From positions 1 to 38,607 of the forward strand of contig MGXG01000005.1 of the NCBI GenBank assembly GCA_001801285.1: a DNA stretch of 38,607 bases, written 5' to 3'. The notes beneath the pieces were generated by a model. That model searched no databases. It was not told where the DNA came from and saw only the letters and a program-made list of their open reading frames with translations. The translations under genes and the position numbers were made by a program. Shown piece after piece: positions 16,211-24,099 of the stretch. The number at the start of each line of letters is the position of its first letter. The first letter of the stretch is position 1. Origin of the DNA: Gammaproteobacteria bacterium GWE2_37_16. Lineage in GTDB: Bacteria > Pseudomonadota > Gammaproteobacteria > UBA9339.

Positions 16211-19200
16211 TTACAAATTCTCCGCCATAAGCTCAGCTTGTTTCAATACATTTTCAGTCGCCAATAATTGCATATCTGGCGGATAACCGTATTTATTTAA
16301 AATCCTTTTTACATCGCGGCGCAGTCTTGCCCGAACGCTTTCTTTAAGCGTCCAGTCAAGAGTTGCATTTCCTTCAATACTCTTAAATACCTCAATAGCA
16401 ATAACAGCTAATTGCTTATCTCCCAACACGTCTTTTGCACTTTTGTTGTTGGCAAGTGCATCGTAAAAAGCCAATTCATCTTCGCGTAAATTCAGCTCTT
16501 CTCCGCGTTTATCTGATGTCCGTATGTCTTTTGCAAGCCTGATTAGCTCCTCAATTACTTGAGCGGCAGTAATTAAGTTATTTAGATATTTCTTAATTGC
16601 ATTCCCTAGCATTTCAGAAAATTTCTTACTTTGAATAAGATTTTTTCTTGTTCTGATTTTGATCTCATCATTCAAAATCTTTTTTAAAAGTTCCAAAGCA
16701 AGATTTTTTCGCGGCATGTGTTTAATTTCTTCCAAAAACTCGTCCGATAAAATTGAAATATCTGGTTTTTTAATTCCAGCCGCATCAAAAATATCAATAA
16801 TACCTTCGGAAACAACCGCTTTGTCTACAATTTACCTAATTGCCGTTTCAATTTCAGTGTCAGACTTCCCAGATCCAACCGGCTCAAATTTAACCAGTCG
16901 CGCTTTTATCGCCTGAAAAAATCCAACTTCATCTTTAATTGCCATAGCCTTTAGATGCGGGACAGATAATGCAAAAGCTTGTAACAATAAACTCACTTGT
17001 TTAGTAAACCTGTTCTTGCCATCATCTAAACTTAAAATATGTTCTTGCGCTTCAAGTATGATAGTGAGTTTTTGGCGTGTATCAGCGCCAAAATATTTCC
17101 TATAAGCAAAACCACTAAACATTTGCTCTACAATTTCAAAATTTTCTAGCATTTTCGCAACCGCTTCTTCCTGAAGCTCGGCAGGATCACCTTTTCCGCC
17201 ACTGGCGGTATATGTTGCAAGTGCTGTTTTTAGATCCGAAGCAATGCCAATATAATCAACAATCAATCCACCTGGTTTATCTCTAAAAACACGATTCACG
17301 CGCGCGATTGCCTGCATGAGATTATGGCTGCGCATTGCTTTATCTATGTACATCGTATGCAAACACGGCACATCAAAACCCGTGAGCCACATATCGCGCA
17401 CGATAACAAGTTTCAAAGGATCAGCAATATCTTTAAATCTCTCACCAAGAGACTTTCTGTTTTTCTTGGTCGTACTATGAATTTGCCAATTTTCAGGATC
17501 GGAGGAAGACGAAGTCATAACAACTTTAATTGCCCCTTTTTTCAAATCCTGATCATGCCAATCAGGACAGATTTTTATAATTTCCTCGTACAATTCAGCG
17601 GCAATTCTGCGACTCATGCAAACAATCATTCCCTTGCCGTCTAAAACTTCGCGGCGTTTTTCAAAATGATCGACAAGATCCGCAGCAATAATTTTCAGTC
17701 TGTCTCTGTGCCCAACAATCGCTTCAAGTTGCGCCCATTTTGCTTTAGCCTTTTCTTTGGCAGTTGATTCTTCGCCTTCAGTGATTGCTTCAACTTCTTC
17801 ATCCAATTTTGCGACTTCTTCGGGTTTCAAATGAACTTTAGCTAAACGCGATTCATAGAAAATTTTCACTGTAGCACCATCTTCAATCGCCTGAGCTATA
17901 TCGTAGACATCAATATAGTCACCAAAAACAGCAGGAGTTGATACATCTTCATTTTCAATCGGTGTGCCGGTAAAGCCAATAAATGAGGCATTCGGCAAAG
18001 CATCACGTAAATATTTGGCAAAACCGTATCGGGTTAAAATTTCGCCGCCTTTTTCTTGTGTTTTAGCGCTAAAACCATATTGACTGCGATGCGCCTCATC
18101 AGCCATGACAATAATATTTTTTCTTTCCGATAATAAATCAAAATTATTAGCACCATCTTCTGGAAAAAATTTTTGCATTGTTGTAAAGACAATGCCGCCA
18201 CCAGCAACTTTTAAAAGCTTTTTTAAATCGCTTCTACTTTTTGCCTGCACTGGATCTTGGCGTAAAAGTTGTTTGCAATTGGCAAAAGTATCAAAAAGTT
18301 GGTCATCCAGATCATTGCGATCAGTAATCACAACAACCGTTGGGTTATTGAGTTCTAAAACAGTTTTCCCTGTATAAAAAACCATCGAAAGTGATTTACC
18401 ACTGCCTTGTGTGTGCCAAACTACGCCAGCTTTTCTGTCACCATTTTCGCTTGATGCTGCAAGAGTTTTTACTAACGCCTTATTGACAGCATAATATTGA
18501 TGATAAGCGGCAATTTTCTTGATGGTAATAACAGTAGCTAAATTGGTTTTGGCGTCTTCGGTTTTGCTTTTTTCAAATACGACAAAATGACAAATCAGAT
18601 CCAGCAAGGTTTCTTTTTTGAGCATTCCTTTGATAAGTGTTTCTATTTGAGGAACTGTGGTTTTGTCTTCTTTCAATCCATCAATTGATTTCCAGGCAAG
18701 AAAGCGCGAAATATCCGAAGATATTGTCCCCGTCTTCGCATCCAACCCATCGGACGCAACTAAAATACTGTTGTAATAAAAAAGTGATGGAATTGCATTT
18801 TTATAATTTTGTAATTGGGTAAAAGCTTTTTGCACCGTAGCATTTTCATCTGTCGGATTTTTAAGCTCGATTACAACAAGCGGCAAGCCATTTACAAACA
18901 AAACTACATCGGGTCTTTTTGTGTTGTTATTTTCAATGACTGTAAATTGATTGCATGCTAAAAATTCGTTATTACTCGCATTTTCAAAATCAACTAAACG
19001 TACTTTGTCGCCCTTGATTCCATCAACGCCCATTACCTCAACCTCAATGCCTTCCGTCAGCATGCGGTGAAAAGCGTCATTATTGTCAATTAAATTTTGA
19101 CTCGGTAGATTTAAAATTTGGCGTAAAGCCTGATCTTTGGCTTCTTCGGGAATATTGGGATTTAGATCATCAATGGCATGTTTTAAACGATTTTTTAAAA

Positions 19201-19321
19201 CCACTTCACCAAGATTCAACCGCTCCGATTCCTGCTCTTCTGGTGACAAATATTGCCACCCCTGATTTTGTAAAAGCTCAATAACGAATTCTTCAATTGT
19301 CGATTCAAATATGCGGGTCAT
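16211..19321 (-). pseudogene. hsdR: Type I restriction enzyme R subunit, interrupted by a single in-frame TAA (16832..16834)
   Basis: 829-aa ORF with nuclease motif [16 protein letters not shown] and helicase motifs TQGSGKS and MADEAHRSQ. The same frame continues through the TAA: ...EIETAIR*IVDKAVVSEGIIDIFDAAGIKKPDISILSDEFLEEIKHMPRK... This runs into the 174-aa ORF, which is the HsdR C-terminal (DUF3387-like) region. Confidence 0.85.
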
Positions 19322-19351
19322 TTAAGAAGCTCCATTCTTTTTGGTTGTGGA

Positions 19352-20006
19352 TCAACTACTACAAATTAAACAATTTATTTCTTCAACAAGAAAATGAATA
19401 CTTGTCGATGGATTGCCGCTACTATCCAGCATTTTGCACCAGTTGATTTCTTTATATTGTTGAGGCACAAGATATTTAGCGTTTTTTATTGCTTGATTCT
19501 GAAATGGCAGCAATGGTTGAAATACTTTCTTATTTTTTTCAAAATTACCCAACTTATATTTTTTAAAAACTTGCTGGATTTTTTTTCTCAAGATTCTTTC
19601 TTGGAATTGGAGAAGTTGGTTTTTCGAGGTGCATAAAAATCCAAAGTTCAAAACATTCGTTTATATAGGCAATTTTAATATTATTTTCGTGAGCATTTTC
19701 TATTGCTTTTAACAATTTTTCTGGTTGATTTTCATAAAAAGCATCAACATCAAAAACGCACCAAATCTGATCCCCATCTTCTTCACAAATCTCTTGTTTC
19801 CCCAACTTATCTTTTTCTTTCCAAGCGATAACTTTTTTAATTAGCTCCCATGGATCCCAACAAACTGCTTTCTTAGGTATCAACAATGCAGTTTTAAGAT
19901 GGTTTTTGAATTCCTGAAAATATTCTATTTCCGCTCTTTCAGTATGCGCCCAAACGAAAATTTTTGGATGTGTTGGACGATGATTTGTGCCTCGATAATT
20001 TGTCAT
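19352..20006 (-). pseudogene. rloB: RloB-like (TOPRIM-related) protein, frameshifted in an A8 tract (19579..19586)
   Basis: The 147-aa ORF has RloB features (KIFVWAHTERAEIEYF, WCVFDVDAF, INECFELWIFMHLE). The overlapping 99-aa ORF in another frame carries the family C-terminus (..KKIQQVFKKYKLGNFEKN...AIKNAKYL...GNPSTSIHFLVEEI). Removing one A joins them into ~217 aa. Confidence 0.7.
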
Positions 20007-21280
20007 ACTTGCTTGGAAAATTTTAAATTTTCAAAATCGGCAATATACGGTAAAGCCTTATACCTACCTTCTAAATATCTTTTAGCAAAATTTACGCCCT
20101 TTCTTTCGGAAATATCAGCTAATGAAAATAATTCAGTCGTTCCCTTTTCATCTCTATCCATAAAATAAATTTCATCTCTGCGCAGATAATCTTCGTCCAA
20201 GAGTGAAACAGCATGGGTTGTAAAAATAAATTGAGCGTTATTAGGGTTTTTTTCTTTAGAATTAAAAATTGAAACCAAATATTGGCACAAAACCGGGTGT
20301 AAATTCGCCTCAAGTTCGTCAATAAATAAAATTTTTCCGTTTTCCAGAGCATCAATAATAGGTGCTGAAAGTGCAAACATCTGCTGCGTTCCATCTGACT
20401 CTTCTGTAAAAAAATTCAAAGGAATGCTCGCTATTTCTTTTCCGTGCTTGTCGTATTTTTTATGAAAAAAAATCAAACTATGCTCAGCAATTTTGGAGTC
20501 TTCTTTAAAGAATAATTCCTTAAACTTATCAGGGATATTTTTAATCTCTTTGGCGGAAATTATTTTTTTACTGATCTTTATATCTGCGACCCCAAAATCC
20601 GCCTTAACAATGAAATCCTTAGTTTTTTCAGCCATACTGGAATTATTTAAGAATTGATCTATTGTATAGTTTAGCGTGTTAGCTCTTTCTGCCCCAGATA
20701 TTAAGCCTGTTTTCTGAATTAATTGGATTGTTTTTTTTGAGATTGGCTGATCGTAACTAGCAAGAAGCGTCAAAAATAAAACTCTTTCCGTTGTTTTCTT
20801 TTTTAAATCTCCCGATGCTTCTGAAAAGTAATTTTTATTATGCTTGATTTCCTGCTTCTTTCTTGTGAATAAAATTTTGTTTCCTTTTTTTTGTTTCAAC
20901 CATTCTGCTGTAATACTTTTTTTATCTATTTCAAATCCATAACTAAAAATATCTTCATCTAATAAAAAAGTCATTTCAAACCGTGACGATTGGTTTTCCG
21001 TATCTTCACTCAATTTAAAAAATTCATTAGGCAAATCTACTTGAGTATTACTACGTAGAAGAGATTCTAAAATCATCATGCGAAAAACTGCAAAAGCTTT
21101 AAAAATATTACTTTTTCCAGAAGCATTAGGTCCATAAATTGCTGCACATTTTAGCAACGAAACATTACCGCAATTAAAAACTGCATCCGATTTCATCGCA
21201 TCATCGCTTGTCGCCTGAAGATCAAGAACAATTTCTTCTTTAATGGAACGAAAATTTTTGACTTTGAAGTTTAGTAGCAT
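20003..21280 (-). CDS. AAA/ABC-type ATPase (AAA_21/AAA_15-like), partner of RloB
   Basis: MLLNFKVKNFRSIKEE start, Walker A GPNASGKSN, Walker B LFIDELEANLHP, FTTHA. ATGA overlap with rloB. The track start at 21358 is a TTG and gives a hydrophobic 26-aa extension, so I prefer ATG 21280. Confidence 0.8.
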   Translation of the reverse strand: MLLNFKVKNFRSIKEEIVLDLQATSDDAMKSDAVFNCGNVSLLKCAAIYGPNASGKSNIFKAFAVFRMMILESLLRSNTQVDLPNEFFKLSEDTENQSSRFEMTFLLDEDIFSYGFEIDKKSITAEWLKQKKGNKILFTRKKQEIKHNKNYFSEASGDLKKKTTERVLFLTLLASYDQPISKKTIQLIQKTGLISGAERANTLNYTIDQFLNNSSMAEKTKDFIVKADFGVADIKISKKIISAKEIKNIPDKFKELFFKEDSKIAEHSLIFFHKKYDKHGKEIASIPLNFFTEESDGTQQMFALSAPIIDALENGKILFIDELEANLHPVLCQYLVSIFNSKEKNPNNAQFIFTTHAVSLLDEDYLRRDEIYFMDRDEKGTTELFSLADISERKGVNFAKRYLEGRYKALPYIADFENLKFSKQV

Positions 21281-21329
21281 GGAAATATTTTTAATCCTTA
21301 ATTGAAGATTGGTAACGATCAGAATGTGA

Positions 21330-21358
21330 AATATAACAAGAAAATTGCCAAAAATCAA
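21330..21358 (-). promoter_or_regulatory. candidate sigma70 promoter for the ATPase-rloB(-hsdR) unit
   Basis: On the minus strand: TTGATT (21358-21353), 17-nt spacer, TATATT (21335-21330), about 50 nt upstream of ATG 21280. Confidence 0.35.
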
Positions 21359-21438
21359 TGCTTTTTAACAAAATCTTGCAAATATCGGTTGTTTTTGGAT
21401 ATTAAATCCTAAAATGCGCAACATAAAAAAATTATCAC

Positions 21439-21782
21439 GCTCTTTCAGAGCTTAATATTTCTGGGGGCTGCTTTCCCAGTCCCAGGTCCCAACCAAACCC
21501 CATGGTTCCTGTCGCAACTTCGTTGCTAAGTCACCCTGGGCTATAGTTATTATCACTACGTTGTAGTTTTTGTTCAAGCAGCTACGAAGTAGCAGCAATA
21601 ACCTATAGCCCAGTGGCGAGTTGGAAAAGAAAAAACATGTTTTTTCCCAACAAGCGCCAAAAACAAGGAGTTTTTGGCTGGCTTTTCATGTGAAACAGGA
21701 AGTGCAACAGGAAAAGGGAAACTACGCAGTAGTAACGTAACCCTGGGTTAATACCCCAAGTTTTCTGAGCTCTGAAAGAGCG
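21439..21782. other. 344-nt GC-enriched nested inverted-repeat element (candidate structured ncRNA or MITE-like element) inside the defence island
   Basis: Five colinear nested helices: 21439-21453/21768-21782 (15/15), 21462-21468/21754-21760, 21482-21487/21742-21747, 21507-21522/21700-21714, 21537-21547/21604-21614 (11/11). Also a 9-bp hairpin at 21657-21679 and the palindrome A6CATGT6 at 21631-21646. No credible ORF. Confidence 0.55.
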
Positions 21783-21860
21783 AAATAAAAAATGTTGTAC
21801 GTAAAAAATAATGTTTTTTGGATAAAAATTGCGAATATTGGGTATTTTTTGCAATCCATC

Positions 21861-24086
21861 CTAAATTGATGCTTTTAGTATAGTAAAATGCTCCGGAAAT
21901 ACGTTTTCCATCATTTCCAATAAATACTTAACATTTTTTTGTGTTTCCATCACCAATGATGGATCAAAACCTTTTCCTGTAATATGCGATTGGTCATTTG
22001 TAAATTTATAAATTGCAGTTTTTTTATTCTCATCAAAATCTAAACTCTTTAATTTTTCATAAATTTTATTGTTATTGGGAACTCTAAACATTAAAAATGT
22101 TTCCAAAACCTTTCTGGCGACATTTGGGATATGATAAATTTTCGCGATCGTTCCATCTGACTCACATTCAAATAAAAGCTTACACAAGTAATGATATTCA
22201 CTTTCATGATTTACTAATAATGAATCTAGTTTTTTAATTGTCGCCACTCTTTCATCAGTATCTATATCTATTTTATTGTATATCATAAAATATGGCTGCT
22301 TGTTTTTCTTATCTCTATTAAAAAAATTCAGCCAATTTAGTAATAGTCTTAAAAATTCAAAATTATGAGTAAATAAAAATACTTGTTTTGCGTTCGTAAC
22401 ACTATTTTTGAGAAAGGCAAACGCTTGAAAAAGTGAATTTGAATCTAAACTTGAAACTGGATCATCAATAACAATAATTCCATCCTTGATGTCAAAATTT
22501 TGGTCTTTTAAATGAACTACAAAATAAACAAAAGCAATCGCTGTCTTTTCTCCTTCGCTCAAGTTTTTTGCAACTTTTCCATTTCTTTTAATTACATAAC
22601 CACCACTTGGCGATACTTCAAAAATAATTTCTTTTCTACCAAGAAAAATTTCCAAATTTCTATTTAAATCTGCACACCCCTTATGTTCCGATGATATTAT
22701 CGCCTTATTCTCAATAATTCGCTGTTTTAATTTTGGTATACTGGCTGTTTGTTCATCCCCACTATTTAGCTTTTTTATTTCTATATCACAATCATTAATA
22801 GTATTTTTTATTTCTCTCACCTCATCAAATATTTCACTTATATAATGATTCTCTAGTTTTTTAAGCGCTTCTTCTTTTCGTTCCTGAAAGTTAGCCGTCT
22901 TCTTATTATGACTTTGAATTGTTTTATTTATATCCATCATACTTTTTTCAAATTCATTATTGGTAACAACTTCAAATTCTAAATTAACATGCTTCATGGT
23001 TTTATTTTTTTTAGCTTCTAATATCTTGATTAAATCAAAAATATGTTCTAATAGATTTGCTTTATTGCTACTAAATAGCTCACATCTTTGTGTATATTCT
23101 TGCTGAAATTCTGTATAAAAATTTGCTTTATCTATTATACATAACGACTCGATAATTTTGTAAATTTCCTTTAACTGTAATATGTTTATATCTAGTGATT
23201 TTTTTAGCTTTTGGTCTTCTTCATTAAAATAATTCATTAACTCTTGTATTCTTTCTTCTGATAAATGCTGATTACAAAATTCACATTTTTTTGCAGTATG
23301 CCGTAAATGCAAAGCAAGACCAGATTCAACCCATTGCGAAATATCAATATTATTTTTCAATCTTTCAATTACTAAAGATTCAACTATTTGCAAACATAAT
23401 TCTTTACTTTTTTGAGTGATTAAATTTAGTTTTTGAGACAAATCAGGTAAAATCATCTCATCTATTGTTGGTTTTTCCTCCTGCTTTAAATCAATAAGAT
23501 ATTTACTTACATCATGTTCACCTAAAAGTTCTTTTTTTAAAAGCAAACGAAATGCTCTTTCTGCTTCTGGTTTTCTATAGTTTCTCGATAATTCTCCCTT
23601 TATATTTGTTCCAATAATTTTTGCAACATCCGTGAATTTTCTTCCTTTTTCTGCTTCTTTTCTTGCTTTTAATTCTTCTTGCTCTTTCTTCCTATCCTGT
23701 GATTCATTTAAAGAATTTTCATCCTTTATTATTTGCTCCAAAATAACTTTATTTTCCTCCCCTAAAATTAAAATTGGTTTTGCTTTTGATCCTATAATTT
23801 CAATATGATTTGTAATATAGTCTTGATTAAAAACCCTTACTTTTTTATTAAAGACTTGGTTGTTCTTGAAACTTCCTGTTTCCGATTCTATTTCGTATTC
23901 TAAGCTAGGAAAGTCGTGCAACAATCCCTTTTCTAAAGCAGAAAATAATTTGGTAAGTGTCGTTTTTCCTGAACCATTCCATCCATAAAAAAGATTGTAC
24001 TGTTTAAAATCAGGTAAATCTTGGTTATCCCATTTATAGTCCGAAAAAATACCAAGATTATTTATTTTTATAATTTTTTTGATCAT
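21861..24086 (-). CDS. rloC: RloC-type anticodon nuclease (ABC ATPase with coiled-coil/zinc-hook insertion and C-terminal PrrC-like nuclease domain)
   Basis: 741 aa. Walker A GWNGSGKTT, long Lys/Glu-rich coiled coil, and a CxxC hook CEFC (nt 23274..23285). LSEGEKT signature, Walker B IIVIDDPVSSLD and FLFTHN are also present. The C-terminal R-x3-E...H pattern is NVARKVLETF ... TNDQSHITG. It occupies the position between hsdS and hsdR, as prrC does. Confidence 0.8.
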   Translation of the reverse strand: MIKKIIKINNLGIFSDYKWDNQDLPDFKQYNLFYGWNGSGKTTLTKLFSALEKGLLHDFPSLEYEIESETGSFKNNQVFNKKVRVFNQDYITNHIEIIGSKAKPILILGEENKVILEQIIKDENSLNESQDRKKEQEELKARKEAEKGRKFTDVAKIIGTNIKGELSRNYRKPEAERAFRLLLKKELLGEHDVSKYLIDLKQEEKPTIDEMILPDLSQKLNLITQKSKELCLQIVESLVIERLKNNIDISQWVESGLALHLRHTAKKCEFCNQHLSEERIQELMNYFNEEDQKLKKSLDINILQLKEIYKIIESLCIIDKANFYTEFQQEYTQRCELFSSNKANLLEHIFDLIKILEAKKNKTMKHVNLEFEVVTNNEFEKSMMDINKTIQSHNKKTANFQERKEEALKKLENHYISEIFDEVREIKNTINDCDIEIKKLNSGDEQTASIPKLKQRIIENKAIISSEHKGCADLNRNLEIFLGRKEIIFEVSPSGGYVIKRNGKVAKNLSEGEKTAIAFVYFVVHLKDQNFDIKDGIIVIDDPVSSLDSNSLFQAFAFLKNSVTNAKQVFLFTHNFEFLRLLLNWLNFFNRDKKNKQPYFMIYNKIDIDTDERVATIKKLDSLLVNHESEYHYLCKLLFECESDGTIAKIYHIPNVARKVLETFLMFRVPNNNKIYEKLKSLDFDENKKTAIYKFTNDQSHITGKGFDPSLVMETQKNVKYLLEMMENVFPEHFTILKASI

Positions 24087-24099
24087 TTTTAATCAGCTT

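Noticed and set aside
21281-21358. 26-aa N-terminal extension of the AAA ATPase (track start 21358)
   Set aside because: That start is a TTG and the extension is hydrophobic and atypical. ATG 21280 gives the family-typical MLLNFKVKNFRS start, and the promoter candidate lies inside the extension.
21439-21782. Retron msr/msd-type ncRNA (terminal inverted repeats plus internal stem-loops in a defence island)
   Set aside because: No reverse transcriptase ORF lies anywhere in the window, and the terminal 15-mers are themselves mini-hairpins. Kept only as a generic structured-element finding.
21603-21854. 83-aa track ORF inside the rloC-ATPase gap
   Set aside because: It is TTG-initiated, Phe/Leu-rich and low-complexity, lies across the inverted-repeat helices, and has no recognisable domain or RBS.
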